From Escherichia phage vB_EcoM-G28, in sequence record NC_054916.1: a stretch of 64,000 nucleotides of DNA; one strand, 5' to 3'. The notes beneath the pieces were generated by a model. The model did not search any database and had not been told where the DNA came from. It saw nothing but the letters and a program-made list of their open reading frames with translations. Position 1 is the first letter of the stretch. Each line of letters opens with the position of its first letter. Shown in pieces: positions 20,857 through 39,599 of the stretch. The position numbers and the translations under genes are program-made.

Positions 20857-21853
20857 TTCAAGTGTTATCTATCGTGCGATAGTTACTTCAAAATTTAGAA
20901 CAGAAAAAATGTTGAATTTTTATAATTCAATTGGAAGTGGTCCGGATAAAAACACTATCTTTATCACATTTGGAAGATCAGAACCGTGGTCATCAAATGA
21001 AAATGAGGTGGGCTTTGCCCCACCTTATCCAACCGATTCTGTATTAGGCGTAACTGACATGTGGACGCATATGATGGGAACAGTAAAGGTTCTTCCATCA
21101 ATGCTTGATGCAGTTATTCCTCGTCGAGATTGGGGAGATACTAGATATCCGGATCCGTATACATTTAGAATTAACGATATTGTAGTGTGTAACTCAGCTC
21201 CTTACAATGCTACTGAATCAGGCGCAGGCTGGTTAGTATATCGTTGTTTAGATGTTCCTGATACTGGAATGTGTTCAATAACATCTTTAACTGATAAGGA
21301 TGAATGCCTCAAATTAGGTGGAAAATGGACACCTTCTGTTAGGTCAATGACTCCTCCTGAAGGCCGAGGAGATGCTGAAGGAACAATTGAACCTGGAGAC
21401 GGATATGTTTGGGAATATCTATTTGAGATTCCGCCTGATGTATCTATAAATAGATGCACGAATGAATATATCGTGGTTCCTTGGCCTGAGGAATTAAAAG
21501 AAGACCCGACTAGATGGGGGTATGAAGATAATCTCACTTGGCAACAAGATGATTTTGGATTAATTTACCGTGTTAAGGCAAATACTATCCGTTTTAAAGC
21601 ATATTTAGATTCAGTTTATTTTCCTGAAGCTGCATTGCCGGGAAATAAAGGATTTAGACAAATATCAATAATTACGAATCCTCTTGAAGCTAAAGCTCAT
21701 CCAAATGACCCAAACGTTAAAGCTGAAAAGGATTATTATGACCCAGAAGATTTAATGAGGCATTCGGGTGAAATGATTTATATGGAAAATAGGCCACCTA
21801 TTATTATGGCAATGGATCAAACAGAAGAAATCAATATTCTGTTTACATTTTAA
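20849..21853 (+). CDS. 8: gp8 baseplate wedge, 334 aa
   Basis: Size and synteny. Confidence 0.9.
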   Translation: MNDSSVIYRAIVTSKFRTEKMLNFYNSIGSGPDKNTIFITFGRSEPWSSNENEVGFAPPYPTDSVLGVTDMWTHMMGTVKVLPSMLDAVIPRRDWGDTRYPDPYTFRINDIVVCNSAPYNATESGAGWLVYRCLDVPDTGMCSITSLTDKDECLKLGGKWTPSVRSMTPPEGRGDAEGTIEPGDGYVWEYLFEIPPDVSINRCTNEYIVVPWPEELKEDPTRWGYEDNLTWQQDDFGLIYRVKANTIRFKAYLDSVYFPEAALPGNKGFRQISIITNPLEAKAHPNDPNVKAEKDYYDPEDLMRHSGEMIYMENRPPIIMAMDQTEEINILFTF

Positions 21854-21858
21854 ATTAA

Positions 21859-21885
21859 GGGAGCCCATGGGCTCCCTTTTTCTTT
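21859..21885 (+). terminator. Intrinsic terminator after gene 8 (GGGAGCCC-ATGGGCTCCC + TTTTTCTTT)
   Basis: Perfect palindrome followed by T-run. Confidence 0.8.
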
Positions 21886-21892
21886 ATAAATA
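21885..21892 (+). promoter_or_regulatory. Late promoter TATAAATA for gene 9
   Basis: Exact box 25 nt upstream of the start. Confidence 0.65.
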
Positions 21893-21916
21893 CTATAAAC
21901 TCATAAGGAAACCGCT

Positions 21917-22783
21917 ATGTTCATTCAAGAACCAAAGAAATTGATTGATACCGGCGAAATTGGTAACGCTTCTACTGGTGATATCTTATTCGACGGTGGT
22001 AATAAAATTAATAGTGATTTTAACGCAATTTATAATGCGTTTGGCGATCAGCGTAAAATGGCAGTAGCAAATGGCACTGGAGCTGATGGTCAAATTATCC
22101 ATGCTACTGGATATTATCAAAAACACTCTATTGCTGAGTATGCAACTCCAGTAAAAGTTGGCACTAGACATGATATTGATACCTCTACTGTAGGTGTTAA
22201 AGTTATCATTGAAAGAGGAGAACTTGGCGATTGTGTTGAATTCATTAATTCTAATGGATCAATATCAGTTACTAATCCTTTAACGATTCAGGCTATTGAT
22301 TCAATTAAAGGTGTTTCAGGTAATTTGGTAGTAACTACTCCATATAGTAAAGTTACTTTACGCTGTATTTCATCTGATAATTCTACGTCGGTTTGGAATT
22401 ATTCTATTGAAAGCATGTTTGGTCAAAAGGAATCACCAGTTGAAGGTACGTGGAATATTTCTACATCTGGATCAGTTGACATTCCATTGTTTCATCGCAC
22501 TGAATATAACATGGTTAAATTGTTAGTTACATGCCAGTCAGCAGATGGAAGAAAAATTAAAACAGCAGAAATAAATATTCTTGTGGATATTGTTAATTCA
22601 GAGGTCATTTCTTCTGAATATGCTGTCATGCGAGTTGGGAATGAAACCGAAGAAGACGAAATCGCTAATATTGCATTTAGTATTAAAGAAAATTATGTAA
22701 CGGCGACTATAAGTTCTTCAACTGTCGGTATGAGAGCAGCAGTTAAAGTTATCGCTACGCAGAAAATCGGGGTGGCTCAATAA
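21917..22783 (+). CDS. 9: gp9 baseplate wedge / long-tail-fibre socket, 288 aa
   Basis: Size and synteny. Confidence 0.9.
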   Translation: MFIQEPKKLIDTGEIGNASTGDILFDGGNKINSDFNAIYNAFGDQRKMAVANGTGADGQIIHATGYYQKHSIAEYATPVKVGTRHDIDTSTVGVKVIIERGELGDCVEFINSNGSISVTNPLTIQAIDSIKGVSGNLVVTTPYSKVTLRCISSDNSTSVWNYSIESMFGQKESPVEGTWNISTSGSVDIPLFHRTEYNMVKLLVTCQSADGRKIKTAEINILVDIVNSEVISSEYAVMRVGNETEEDEIANIAFSIKENYVTATISSSTVGMRAAVKVIATQKIGVAQ

Positions 22784-24588
22784 TGAAACAAAATATTAAT
22801 ATCGGTAATGTTGTAGATGATGGTACCGGTGACTACCTGCGTAAAGGTGGTATAAAAATAAATGAAAACTTTGATGAGCTTTATTACGAGCTTGGTGACG
22901 GTGATGTTCCATATTCAGCTGGTGCCTGGAAAACTTATAATGCTTCATCAGGACAAACATTAGCAGCAGAATGGGGAAAATCATATGCCATTAACACTTC
23001 ATCTGGAAGAGTAACTCTACAACTTCCTAAAGGAACAGTTAATGATTATAATAAAGTAATTAAAGCTAGGGATGTATTTGCAACATGGAATGTTAATCCA
23101 GTTACTCTAGTAGCCGCTTCTGGTGATACTATTAAAGGATCATCGTCATCGGTTGAAATTAACGTTCAATTTAGTGATTTAGAGCTAGTTTATTGCGCTC
23201 CGGGTCGTTGGGAATATGTCAAAAATAAACAAATTGACAAAATTATTAGTTCAGACATTAGCAATGTAGCTCGTAAAGAATTTTTAGTCGAAGTTCAAGG
23301 ACAAACAGACTTTTTAGATATTTTCCGTGGAACTAGTTATAATGTTAATAACATCAGAGTAAAACACCGCGGTAACGAATTGTATTACGGCGATGTTTTT
23401 AGCGAAAACAGTGACTTTGGCTCTCCAGGGGAAAATGAAGGAGAATTGGTTCCTCTTGATGGATTTAATATTAGATTAAGACAGCCTTGTAATATTGGTG
23501 ACACTGTTCAAATTGAAACATTTATGGATGGTGTATCGCAGTGGAGAAGTTCATACACAAGACGTCAAATAAAAGTATTAGATTCAAAATTAACATCAAA
23601 AACTTCTTTGGAAGGAAGTATTTACGTTACTGATTTATCGACAATGAAATCAATTCCATTCTCCGCATTTGGATTAATTCCAGGAGAACCTATTAATCCT
23701 AATTCTCTTGAAGTTCGTTTTAATGGAATTTTACAACAACAAGCTGGAACAGCCGGATATCCTCTGTTTTTATGTGAAGGCGCTAATTCAGATACACAAG
23801 AAGGATGTATATCTCTTGGTGGTGAATGGAAAGAATCAAACACAGATTATTCTATAGAATATGAAGATGGAAAACCGATCAGTCTTTTATTTGATAGAAA
23901 ATTTGAATCAGGTGATATAATCGTTATAACATGGTTCAATAATGATTTAGGAACTCTTTTGGAAAAAGATGACATCATTGAATTAACTGATGAACGCTAT
24001 GTTAGCAAAGGATCATCTACTGAAGTTACTGGTGATGTAGCCTTAACTGATTTTGATAAAATCGGTTGGCCAAATGTTGAAAAAGTTGATTCTTATACTA
24101 GAACATATAATTCAATATCATCTATTTTCGATAGCATTTATCCCATTGGTTCAATTTATGAAAATGCTATAAACCCAAATAATCCGGTGACTTATATGGG
24201 ATTTGGTTCATGGAAATTATTTGGTAAAGGACAAGTTTTAGTAGGATGGAATGATGATGTTACGGATCCAAACTTTGCATTAAATAACAATGATTTAGAT
24301 TCTAGCGGAAATCCTTCGCATACTGCCGGTGGAACAGTTGGAACAACATCAGTGACACTTGAGAACGCAAATCTTCCTGCGACTAAAACTGATGAAAAAG
24401 TTTTAATTGAAGATGAAAACGGATCAGTTATTATTGGAGGTTGCCAATATGACCCAGATGAAACTGGTCCTATATATACAAAATATCGTGAAGACTACGC
24501 AACAACAAACTCTTCACATACTCCTCCTGCTAATATTAGTAATATTCAACCGTCTATTACTGTATACCGTTGGATAAGGATTGCATAA
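22783..24588 (+). CDS. 10: gp10 baseplate wedge, 601 aa
   Basis: Size and synteny. Confidence 0.9.
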   Translation: MKQNINIGNVVDDGTGDYLRKGGIKINENFDELYYELGDGDVPYSAGAWKTYNASSGQTLAAEWGKSYAINTSSGRVTLQLPKGTVNDYNKVIKARDVFATWNVNPVTLVAASGDTIKGSSSSVEINVQFSDLELVYCAPGRWEYVKNKQIDKIISSDISNVARKEFLVEVQGQTDFLDIFRGTSYNVNNIRVKHRGNELYYGDVFSENSDFGSPGENEGELVPLDGFNIRLRQPCNIGDTVQIETFMDGVSQWRSSYTRRQIKVLDSKLTSKTSLEGSIYVTDLSTMKSIPFSAFGLIPGEPINPNSLEVRFNGILQQQAGTAGYPLFLCEGANSDTQEGCISLGGEWKESNTDYSIEYEDGKPISLLFDRKFESGDIIVITWFNNDLGTLLEKDDIIELTDERYVSKGSSTEVTGDVALTDFDKIGWPNVEKVDSYTRTYNSISSIFDSIYPIGSIYENAINPNNPVTYMGFGSWKLFGKGQVLVGWNDDVTDPNFALNNNDLDSSGNPSHTAGGTVGTTSVTLENANLPATKTDEKVLIEDENGSVIIGGCQYDPDETGPIYTKYREDYATTNSSHTPPANISNIQPSITVYRWIRIA

Positions 24589-25247
24589 TGAGTTTACTTA
24601 ATAATAAAGCGGGAGTTATTTCCCGCTTAGCAGATTTTCTTGGTTTTAGAACTAAGAAAAATGATATTTCGGTTATGAATAATCAGCCGGTAGGTGCTGT
24701 AACAATTTCACAAATAGCAAAAGGTTTTTATGACCCAAATGTAGAATCTGCTATCAATGATGTTAGAAATATGGCAGAGCAACAGGTTGGAGCTGTATTA
24801 GTTAATATAAGTGGCGTATCTCCTACTGGCGTGCAGCAAACAGACTATTGGTCATTTGAAGGAACTGTTACTGATACTTCAGCCAAACCGGGTGACCCAG
24901 TTATTGTTAATATGTTTGGCATTCCTGTTAAAGCTACTAATGGAATGACTTCAATCGAATTTACCAGTGCCGTTAGAACAGCTCTGCAGGAAATGGTTGC
25001 AAAATTTATTGCAATTGATTCATTTGAAGACCATCCTACCATAGGAAATAAAATACAAGTTAAGTATTTAGATAACCAAGAACATATCTTAGAACAATAC
25101 TCTGATAAAGGAATTACTTTCAAACAGGAAATAATTTCTCCTTCTAAACCTGGGTATGGAACTTGGCAATTATTAGGTGCGCAAACTGTTACGCTAGATA
25201 GTCACACCCAACCTACAGTATTTTATTATTTTGAGAGAATAGCATGA
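24588..25247 (+). CDS. 11: gp11 baseplate wedge / short-fibre attachment, 219 aa (start MSLLNN, TAATG overlap)
   Basis: Synteny; the ORF-track start 24570 is TTG upstream. Confidence 0.85.
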   Translation: MSLLNNKAGVISRLADFLGFRTKKNDISVMNNQPVGAVTISQIAKGFYDPNVESAINDVRNMAEQQVGAVLVNISGVSPTGVQQTDYWSFEGTVTDTSAKPGDPVIVNMFGIPVKATNGMTSIEFTSAVRTALQEMVAKFIAIDSFEDHPTIGNKIQVKYLDNQEHILEQYSDKGITFKQEIISPSKPGYGTWQLLGAQTVTLDSHTQPTVFYYFERIA

Positions 25248-26794
25248 GTAACAATACATATCAGCACGTATCAAATGAATCAAAATACGTTAAATTCGAT
25301 CCTGCAGGATCGAATTTTCCTGACACTGTCACGACAGTGCAGTCAGCATTATCAAAAATAAGTAATATCGGCGTAAATGGTATTCCTGATGCAACTATGG
25401 AAGTTAAAGGAATAGCAATGATTGCATCGGAGCAAGAGGTTTTGGATGGAACTAATAATTCTAAAATCGTTACACCAGCTACATTAGCAACAAGATTATT
25501 GTATCCAAATGCTACTGAAACTAAATATGGATTAACGCGCTATTCAACAAATGAAGAAACTTTAGAAGGCTCAGATAATAATTCATCAATAACGCCGCAA
25601 AAACTGAAATACCATACTGACGATGTATTCCAAAATAGGTATTCATCTGAATCATCAAATGGAGTTATTAAAATATCATCTACTCCTGCGGCTTTGGCTG
25701 GAGTAGATGATACTACGGCGATGACTCCGTTGAAAACCCAAAAACTCGCAATAAAATTAATTTCGCAAATAGCTCCTTCAGAAGACACAGCATCAGAATC
25801 TGTTAGAGGTGTAGTTCAGTTATCAACTGTCGCTCAAACTCGTCAAGGAACTCTCCGCGAAGGATATGCAATTTCTCCGTATACCTTTATGAATTCTGTT
25901 GCAACACAAGAATATAAGGGTGTTATACGTTTAGGAACACAATCAGAAATTAACAGTAATTTGGGAGATGTTGCAGTAACAGGTGAAACATTAAATGGTC
26001 GAGGAGCTACCGGTTCTATGCGTGGAGTAGTTAAATTAACGACGCAAGCCGGTATTGCCCCTGAAGGTGATAGTTCTGGAGCATTAGCATGGAACGCAGA
26101 TGTAATTAATACTCGTGGTGGACAAACTATTAATGGTTCTTTAAATTTAGACCATCTTACAGCAAATGGAATTTGGTCGCGCGGCGGAATGTGGAAAAAT
26201 GGCGATCAACCTGTTGCCACTGAAAGATATGCGTCCGAAAGGGTTCCAGTTGGAACTATTATGATGTTTGCTGGAGATTCAGCTCCTCCTGGTTGGATTA
26301 TGTGTCATGGTGGAACCGTGTCAGGAGATCAATATCCTGATTATAGAAACACAGTTGGAACGAGATTTGGTGGCGATTGGAATAATCCTGGCATTCCTGA
26401 TATGCGAGGTCTTTTCGTCAGAGGAGCTGGTACTGGTGGTCATATTTTAAATCAACGAGGGCAAGATGGTTACGGGAAGGATAGACTTGGTGTAGGATGT
26501 GACGGAATGCATGTTGGCGGTGTTCAAGCGCAACAGATGTCATACCATAAACATGCTGGTGGTTGGGGAGAATACCAAAGACATGAAGCTCCATTTGGCG
26601 CGTCCGTTTATCAAGGATATCTTGGAACTAGAAAATATGCCGACTGGGATAATGCTTCATACTTCACTAATGATGGATTTGAATTAGGTGGACCGAGAGA
26701 TGCCCTTGGTACACTTAATCGTGAAGGATTAATTGGTTATGAAACTAGACCATGGAATATATCATTAAACTATATTATTAAAATTCATTACTAA
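25244..26794 (+). CDS. 12: gp12 short tail fibre, 516 aa
   Basis: Size and synteny. Confidence 0.9.
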   Translation: MSNNTYQHVSNESKYVKFDPAGSNFPDTVTTVQSALSKISNIGVNGIPDATMEVKGIAMIASEQEVLDGTNNSKIVTPATLATRLLYPNATETKYGLTRYSTNEETLEGSDNNSSITPQKLKYHTDDVFQNRYSSESSNGVIKISSTPAALAGVDDTTAMTPLKTQKLAIKLISQIAPSEDTASESVRGVVQLSTVAQTRQGTLREGYAISPYTFMNSVATQEYKGVIRLGTQSEINSNLGDVAVTGETLNGRGATGSMRGVVKLTTQAGIAPEGDSSGALAWNADVINTRGGQTINGSLNLDHLTANGIWSRGGMWKNGDQPVATERYASERVPVGTIMMFAGDSAPPGWIMCHGGTVSGDQYPDYRNTVGTRFGGDWNNPGIPDMRGLFVRGAGTGGHILNQRGQDGYGKDRLGVGCDGMHVGGVQAQQMSYHKHAGGWGEYQRHEAPFGASVYQGYLGTRKYADWDNASYFTNDGFELGGPRDALGTLNREGLIGYETRPWNISLNYIIKIHY

Positions 26795-26803
26795 GGATTA
26801 CAA

Positions 26804-28261
26804 ATGATTGAATTAAAAGATTTACCTTTTGTTGATAGCGTTCCTGACGAAGGTCAGGAGCGTATTTCATGGATTAAAAATGGTGAAGAAATACTAGGAG
26901 CTAGTACTAAGTATGGAAACGATGGATCAATGAATAGACCAACTGTGTCCGTATTTAAAAATGTTGAGGTTCTTGATGAAAATATAGGAATTCTTAAAAC
27001 TGCCGTTGAAACATCACAGGAAGATATTAAAACAATTCAAGGCATTTTGGATGTATCTGGAGATATCGAAGCACTATCACAGATTAGCGTTAATAAAAAT
27101 GACATATCAAATTTAAAGACGCTTACGAATGAACATACTGATATATTAAATGGTACAAATGCCACTGTTGACCGCATTCTTTCTGATATAGGTCCATTTA
27201 ATGAACACGCAAATTCAGTTTATAGAACAGTTCGAAATGATTTGTTATGGATTAAAAGAGAATTAGGGCAATATGCTGGACAAGATATTAATGGTCTTCC
27301 TGTTGTAGGAAATAGCAGCACGGGTATGAAGCACCGTATCATTAATAATACAGATGCTATAACTTCCCAAGGAATACGTCTAAGTGATTTGGAAGAAAAA
27401 TTTATTGAATCTGATGTAGGTTCACTGACAATTGAAGTTGGAAATCTTAGACAAGAACTTGGACAAAGACCATCTTCATTTAGTGAAAGCATATATTCAC
27501 GTATGCATAATTTAGATCAATCGCAGATTAATCTTAGTTCCGAAATTAAATCTATCAAAACTTCTATTGGATATCCAGGAAATACTTCAATAATCACAGA
27601 TGTCAATGTCAATAGTCAAGAAATTTCAGCTTTAAATGATGAACTAAATAAAAGTGGCGGCGTTAAACAGCGATTAACTGTTATTGAAACATCGATTGGT
27701 TCAGATGATATTCCTTCTAGTATTAAAGGTCAAATTAAAGATAATACCACTTCTATTGAATCTTTAAATGGAATTGTAGGTGAAAACACTTCGTCCGGTT
27801 TAAGAGCTAACGTTTCATGGCTAAATCAGATAGTTGGAACTGATTCTAGCGGAGGTCAACCTTCTCCTCCGGGGTCTCTTTTAAATAGAGTTTCAACAGT
27901 TGAAACCTCTGTTAATAGACTTAACAATGATGTTCAAAACTTACAGGTTGAAATTGGTAATAACAATTCCGGAATTAAAGGGCAAGTTGTAACACTAAAT
28001 AAATTAGTAAATGGAACAAATCCGAATGGTTCAACTGTCGAAGAACGCGGATTGACTAATTCAATAAAAGCTAATGAGACTAACATTTCTTCAATTAATC
28101 AAGAGATTCGTAGTATTAAAGGTAATGTGTCCTCATTACAGAGGGATGTCCAGACTTTACAAGAAGCTGGTTATATTCCTGAAGCTCCAAAAGATGGTCA
28201 AGCTTACGTTCGTAAAGACGGCGAATGGGTATTGCTTTCTACCTTTTTATCACCAGCATAA
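26804..28261 (+). CDS. wac: Fibritin (whisker antigen control), 485 aa
   Basis: Coiled-coil segments and C-terminal foldon-like [27 protein letters not shown]. Confidence 0.92.
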   Translation: MIELKDLPFVDSVPDEGQERISWIKNGEEILGASTKYGNDGSMNRPTVSVFKNVEVLDENIGILKTAVETSQEDIKTIQGILDVSGDIEALSQISVNKNDISNLKTLTNEHTDILNGTNATVDRILSDIGPFNEHANSVYRTVRNDLLWIKRELGQYAGQDINGLPVVGNSSTGMKHRIINNTDAITSQGIRLSDLEEKFIESDVGSLTIEVGNLRQELGQRPSSFSESIYSRMHNLDQSQINLSSEIKSIKTSIGYPGNTSIITDVNVNSQEISALNDELNKSGGVKQRLTVIETSIGSDDIPSSIKGQIKDNTTSIESLNGIVGENTSSGLRANVSWLNQIVGTDSSGGQPSPPGSLLNRVSTVETSVNRLNNDVQNLQVEIGNNNSGIKGQVVTLNKLVNGTNPNGSTVEERGLTNSIKANETNISSINQEIRSIKGNVSSLQRDVQTLQEAGYIPEAPKDGQAYVRKDGEWVLLSTFLSPA

Positions 28262-28265
28262 CATG

Positions 28266-28290
28266 GGGCCGCAAGGCCCTAAAGGATTTT
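28266..28290 (+). terminator. Hairpin GGGCC-GCAA-GGCCC after wac (weak T-tract)
   Basis: Stem-loop seen; T-run imperfect. Confidence 0.3.
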
Positions 28291-28292
28291 AA

Positions 28293-29995
<1,703 letters not shown>

Positions 29996-30036
29996 TAAAT
30001 ATTATAAACTAATTAAAGCCCAGATTAGGAGAAATC

Positions 30037-33177
<3,141 letters not shown>

Positions 33178-33205
33178 TATTAAAGCATATTAAAGAGGAT
33201 TAAAA

Positions 33206-35185
33206 ATGACTTTATTATCTCCGGGCATTGAGCTCAAAGAAACTACGGTTCAAAGCACCGTGGTTAATAACTCTACTGGTACAGCAGCTTTGGCCGGTAA
33301 ATTCCAGTGGGGTCCTGCTTTTCAGATTAAACAGGTTACAAATGAAGTAGATTTAGTTAATACTTTTGGTCAACCAACCGCTGAAACTGCTGACTATTTT
33401 ATGTCTGCGATGAATTTCTTGCAGTACGGAAATGACTTACGAGTAGTTCGTGCTGTTGATAGAGATACCGCTAAAAACTCATCACCAATTGCTGGTAATA
33501 TTGAATACACAATTTCTACCCCAGGTAGTAACTATGCGGTTGGAGATAAAATCACGGTCAAATATGTTTCAGATGATATTGAAACTGAAGGTAAAATTAC
33601 TGAAGTAGACGCAGATGGAAAAATTAAGAAAATTAATATTCCTACTGCAAAAATTATCGCTAAAGCTAAAGAAGTCGGTGAATATCCAGAATTAGGTTCT
33701 AACTGGACTGCGGAAATTTCTTCGTCTTCCTCTGGTTTAGCTGCAGTAATAACTCTTGGAAAAATTATTACTGATTCTGGTATTTTATTAGCTGAAATTG
33801 AAAATGCTGAAGCTGCTATGACAGCGGTTGACTTTCAAGCAAATCTCGAAAAATACGGAATTCCAGGAGTAGTAGCTCTTTATCCAGGCGAATTAGGCGA
33901 TAAAATTGAAATTGAAATCGTATCTAAAGCTGACTATGCAAAAGGAGCTTCTGCATTACTCCCAATTTATCCGGGCGGTGGTACTCGCGCATCTACTGCT
34001 AAAGCAGTGTTTGGATATGGACCACAAACTGATTCACAGTACGCTATTATAGTTCGTCGAAATGATGCTATTGTTCAAAGCGTTGTTCTTTCAACTAAGC
34101 GTGGTGAAAAAGATATTTACGATAGTAACATCTATATCGATGACTTTTTCGCAAAAGGTGGTTCAGAATATATTTTTGCAACTGCACAAAACTGGCCAGA
34201 AGGCTTCTCTGGAATTTTAACTCTGTCTGGTGGATTATCATCAAATGCTGAAGTAACAGCAGGAGATTTGATGGAAGCTTGGGACTTCTTTGCTGACCGT
34301 GAATCTGTTGACGTTCAACTGTTTATTGCGGGTTCTTGTGCTGGTGAATCTTTAGAAACAGCATCTACTGTCCAAAAACACGTCGTTTCAATTGGTGATG
34401 CTCGTCAAGATTGCTTAGTATTGTGCTCACCACCGCGTGAAACTGTAGTTGGAATTCCTGTAACCCGTGCTGTTGATAACTTAGTCAATTGGAGAACTGC
34501 AGCAGGTTCATACACTGATAATAACTTTAATATCAGTTCAACCTACGCAGCAATTGATGGTAACTACAAATATCAGTATGACAAATATAATGATGTGAAT
34601 CGTTGGGTCCCATTAGCAGCTGATATTGCTGGATTGTGTGCAAGAACCGATAACGTTTCTCAGACTTGGATGTCTCCAGCTGGTTATAATCGTGGCCAGA
34701 TTCTTAACGTTATTAAACTTGCTATTGAAACTCGCCAGGCTCAGCGCGACCGTTTATACCAAGAAGCTATCAACCCGGTAACTGGTACAGGTGGTGATGG
34801 TTACGTATTGTATGGTGATAAAACAGCTACTTCTGTTCCTTCTCCATTTGATCGTATTAACGTTCGTCGTCTGTTTAATATGTTGAAAACGAATATCGGA
34901 CGCAGTTCAAAATATCGTTTGTTCGAATTAAACAATGCGTTTACTCGTTCTTCATTCCGTACAGAAACTGCTCAGTACTTGCAAGGAATTAAAGCTCTTG
35001 GCGGAATTTATGAATATCGTGTAGTTTGCGATACAACAAATAACACTCCGTCAGTAATTGATAGAAATGAGTTTGTTGCAACATTCTACATCCAACCGGC
35101 TCGTAGTATAAATTATATCCAACTTAATTTCGTCGCAACTGCTACTGGTGCAGATTTCGATGAGTTAACTGGTCTTGCAGGTTAA
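33206..35185 (+). CDS. 18: gp18 tail sheath, 659 aa
   Basis: Size and synteny. Confidence 0.95.
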   Translation: MTLLSPGIELKETTVQSTVVNNSTGTAALAGKFQWGPAFQIKQVTNEVDLVNTFGQPTAETADYFMSAMNFLQYGNDLRVVRAVDRDTAKNSSPIAGNIEYTISTPGSNYAVGDKITVKYVSDDIETEGKITEVDADGKIKKINIPTAKIIAKAKEVGEYPELGSNWTAEISSSSSGLAAVITLGKIITDSGILLAEIENAEAAMTAVDFQANLEKYGIPGVVALYPGELGDKIEIEIVSKADYAKGASALLPIYPGGGTRASTAKAVFGYGPQTDSQYAIIVRRNDAIVQSVVLSTKRGEKDIYDSNIYIDDFFAKGGSEYIFATAQNWPEGFSGILTLSGGLSSNAEVTAGDLMEAWDFFADRESVDVQLFIAGSCAGESLETASTVQKHVVSIGDARQDCLVLCSPPRETVVGIPVTRAVDNLVNWRTAAGSYTDNNFNISSTYAAIDGNYKYQYDKYNDVNRWVPLAADIAGLCARTDNVSQTWMSPAGYNRGQILNVIKLAIETRQAQRDRLYQEAINPVTGTGGDGYVLYGDKTATSVPSPFDRINVRRLFNMLKTNIGRSSKYRLFELNNAFTRSSFRTETAQYLQGIKALGGIYEYRVVCDTTNNTPSVIDRNEFVATFYIQPARSINYIQLNFVATATGADFDELTGLAG

Positions 35186-35201
35186 TACAGTGCATTCTAA
35201 A

Positions 35202-35219
35202 GGCCTGTTTCGACAGGCC
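35202..35219 (+). terminator. Hairpin GGCCTGT-TTCG-ACAGGCC after gene 18 (possible attenuating terminator)
   Basis: 7-bp stem with tetraloop; weak T-tract. Confidence 0.35.
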
Positions 35220-35220
35220 A

Positions 35221-35228
35221 TATAAATA
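35221..35228 (+). promoter_or_regulatory. Late promoter TATAAATA (distal) for gene 19
   Basis: Exact box. Confidence 0.55.
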
Positions 35229-35279
35229 CACTATATCCTTAATTCTTTAATTCTATATGCCCTAGGTTAAACATAGGGA

Positions 35280-35287
35280 TATAAATA
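35280..35287 (+). promoter_or_regulatory. Late promoter TATAAATA (proximal) for gene 19
   Basis: Exact box 15 nt upstream of the ATG. Confidence 0.5.
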
Positions 35288-35301
35288 CTACAGAGGTTAA
35301 T

Positions 35302-35793
35302 ATGTTTGTAGATGATGTAACACGAGCGTTTGAATCTGGTGATTTTGCTCGACCTAACTTATTCCAAGTAGAAATTTCTTATCTTGGACAAAATTTTACG
35401 TTCCAATGTAAAGCCACTGCTTTACCAGCTGGTATTGTAGAAAAAATTCCAGTCGGATTTATGAACCGTAAAATTAACGTGGCAGGCGATCGTACATTCG
35501 ATGACTGGACTGTTACAGTAATGAACGATGAAGCTCATGATGCTCGCCAGAAGTTTGTTGATTGGCAAAGCATTGCTGCTGGTCAAGGAAACGAAATTAC
35601 TGGTGGAAAACCTGCAGAGTATAAAAAGAGCGCTATTGTTCGTCAATATGCTCGTGATGCTAAAACAGTAACAAAAGAAATTGAAATTAAAGGTCTGTGG
35701 CCTACTAACGTGGGTGAACTTCAATTAGATTGGGATTCAAACAATGAAATCCAAACCTTTGAAGTAACTCTTGCTCTCGATTATTGGGAATAA
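35302..35793 (+). CDS. 19: gp19 tail tube, 163 aa
   Basis: Size and synteny. Confidence 0.95.
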   Translation: MFVDDVTRAFESGDFARPNLFQVEISYLGQNFTFQCKATALPAGIVEKIPVGFMNRKINVAGDRTFDDWTVTVMNDEAHDARQKFVDWQSIAAGQGNEITGGKPAEYKKSAIVRQYARDAKTVTKEIEIKGLWPTNVGELQLDWDSNNEIQTFEVTLALDYWE

Positions 35794-35825
35794 AATGAAT
35801 GGGGAGAAATCCCCATCCTGCTTAA

Positions 35826-37450
<1,625 letters not shown>

Positions 37451-37451
<1 letters not shown>

Positions 37452-37696
37452 TGGAAGGTTTAATTGAAGCTATTAAATCAAACGACCTCGTAGCCGCTCG
37501 TAAATTATTTGCTGAAGCCATGGCTGCAAGAACGATTGATTTAATTAAAGAAGAAAAAATCGCTATCGCTCGTAATTTCTTAATCGAAGGTGAAGAACCT
37601 GAAGACGAGGATGAAGATGAAGATGATGACGAAGATAGCGATGATAAAGACAACAAAAAAGACAAAGACTCTGACGAAGACGAGGATGATGAATAA
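37451..37696 (+). CDS. 67: gp67 prohead core protein, 81 aa, acidic C-terminal tail
   Basis: Size, synteny, poly-Asp/Glu tail. Confidence 0.9.
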
Positions 37697-38121
37697 TGCT
37701 TCTGATCCCTGAAACTCATGAATTAGTTCTCGAGAATGTCGAAGCACTTATTCCTGAAGCACAGGGTCGCTTTGACGAATTGTCTTCTGCTTTAAATAAA
37801 GACGATATAAATACAATTGTCGAGAATATGCTTGATGATGAAACTGATTTAGCGGTTGCATTAGCTTCTATTAATGAAAATATGCCGTTAAATGAATTCA
37901 TCGTTAAACATGTTTCCGCCCGTGGTGAAATTACTCGCACTAAAGACCGCAAAACGCGTGAACGTAATGCATTTCAAACCACTGGGCTGTCTAAAGCAAA
38001 ACGTAGACAAATTGCTCGTAAAGCTACCAAAACGAAGATTGCCAATCCAGCAGGTCAATCTCGTGCTCAGCGTAAGCGTAAAAAAGCTCTTAAACGCCGT
38101 AAAGCATTAGGATTAAGCTAA
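37696..38121 (+). CDS. 68: gp68 prohead core protein, 141 aa
   Basis: Size and synteny. Confidence 0.9.
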
Positions 38122-38759
38122 TGAATGAACCCCAATTACTAATTGAAACTTGGGGTCAACCTGGCGAAATTATTGATGGCGTGCCAATGCTTGAATCTCA
38201 TGATGGAAAAGACTTAGGTTTAAAACCGGGTTTATACATCGAAGGAATATTCATGCAAGCGGAAGTCGTCAATAGAAATAAACGTCTTTATCCAAAACGC
38301 ATATTAGAAAAAGCGGTAAAAGACTATATTAATGAGCAAGTTTTAACTAAACAAGCTCTCGGAGAATTAAATCATCCTCCACGCGCTAATGTTGACCCAA
38401 TGCAAGCCGCTATCATTATAGAAGATATGTGGTGGAAAGGAAATGACGTATACGGACGAGCTCGTGTTATTGAAGGTGACCACGGTCCTGGAGATAAATT
38501 AGCAGCTAATATTCGTGCCGGATGGATTCCAGGAGTTTCTTCTCGTGGATTAGGTTCATTGACTGACACAAATAAAGGTTATCGTATCGTAAACGAAGGA
38601 TTCAAATTAACTGTAGGTGTTGATGCAGTATGGGGTCCAAGTGCTCCAGATGCATGGGTAACTCCTAAGGAAATTACCGAATCACAGACGGCGGAAGCCG
38701 ATACAAGTGCCGATGACGCCTATATGGCTCTCGCAGAGGCCATGAAAAAAGCGTTATAA
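38121..38759 (+). CDS. 21: gp21 prohead core protease, 212 aa
   Basis: Size and synteny. Confidence 0.92.
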   Translation: MNEPQLLIETWGQPGEIIDGVPMLESHDGKDLGLKPGLYIEGIFMQAEVVNRNKRLYPKRILEKAVKDYINEQVLTKQALGELNHPPRANVDPMQAAIIIEDMWWKGNDVYGRARVIEGDHGPGDKLAANIRAGWIPGVSSRGLGSLTDTNKGYRIVNEGFKLTVGVDAVWGPSAPDAWVTPKEITESQTAEADTSADDAYMALAEAMKKAL

Positions 38760-38762
38760 ATA
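38755..38762 (+). promoter_or_regulatory. Late promoter TATAAATA for gene 22 (overlaps gene 21 stop)
   Basis: Exact box. Confidence 0.6.
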
Positions 38763-38789
38763 TTATTATCTAAACAACAGGACTACAAA

Positions 38790-39599
38790 ATGCTTAAAGA
38801 ACAACTGATTGCTGAAGCGCAAAAAATTGATGCTTCCGTTGCTCTTGATAGTATTTTCGAATCAGTTAATATTTCTCCGGAAGCAAAAGAAACTTTCGGC
38901 ACTGTATTCGAAGCTACCGTCAAGCAGCACGCCGTTAAATTAGCTGAATCTCATATCGCTAAAATTGCTGAAAAGGCAGAAGAAGAAGTAGAAAAAAATA
39001 AAGAAGAAGCCGAAGAAAAAGCTGAGAAGAAAATCGCTGAGCAAGCTTCTAAATTCATCGACCATCTTGCAAAAGAATGGCTCGCCGAAAATAAATTAGC
39101 AGTTGATAAAGGCATCAAAGCCGAACTGTTTGAATCCATGCTTGGTGGATTAAAAGAGCTCTTTGTTGAACACAACGTTGTTGTTCCAGAAGAATCAGTT
39201 GATGTTGTAGCTGAAATGGAAGAAGAGCTGCAAGAACATAAAGAAGAATCAGCTCGTCTGTTCGAAGAACTCAATATGCGCGACGCATATATCAATTATG
39301 TGCAGCGTGAAGTGGCATTGAGCGAAAGTACTAAAGATCTGACTGAGTCTCAAAAAGAAAAAGTCTCTGCTCTGGTCGAAGGTATGGATTATTCAGATGC
39401 ATTCTCAAGTAAATTGAGTGCAATCGTAGAAATGGTGAAGAAATCTAATAAAGATGAAAGCACTATTACTGAGGGTATAAATACTCCTGATACTGAAGCA
39501 GCCGGACTGAATTTCGTCACTGAAGCTGTAGAAGATAAAGCTGCACAGGGTGCAGAAGATATTGTAAGTGTATATGCGAAAGTCGCATCTCGTTTCTAA
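38790..39599 (+). CDS. 22: gp22 major prohead scaffolding core protein, 269 aa
   Basis: Highly charged Ala/Glu/Lys-rich helical protein; synteny. Confidence 0.92.
   Translation: MLKEQLIAEAQKIDASVALDSIFESVNISPEAKETFGTVFEATVKQHAVKLAESHIAKIAEKAEEEVEKNKEEAEEKAEKKIAEQASKFIDHLAKEWLAENKLAVDKGIKAELFESMLGGLKELFVEHNVVVPEESVDVVAEMEEELQEHKEESARLFEELNMRDAYINYVQREVALSESTKDLTESQKEKVSALVEGMDYSDAFSSKLSAIVEMVKKSNKDESTITEGINTPDTEAAGLNFVTEAVEDKAAQGAEDIVSVYAKVASRF
39476..39483 (+). promoter_or_regulatory. Late promoter TATAAATA inside the 3' end of gene 22, candidate promoter for gene 23
   Basis: Exact box 135 nt upstream of the gene 23 start. Confidence 0.5.

Noticed and set aside
37560-37696. GAAGATGA-type short repeats that could be mistaken for a tandem or CRISPR-like repeat
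   Set aside because: They are in-frame Asp/Glu codons of the gp67 acidic tail; no spacer-repeat periodicity; no CRISPR array anywhere in the window.
38951-39295. 114-aa Ser/Ala-rich minus-strand ORF
   Set aside because: Antisense to the Glu/Lys/Ala-rich scaffold gene 22; compositional artefact.
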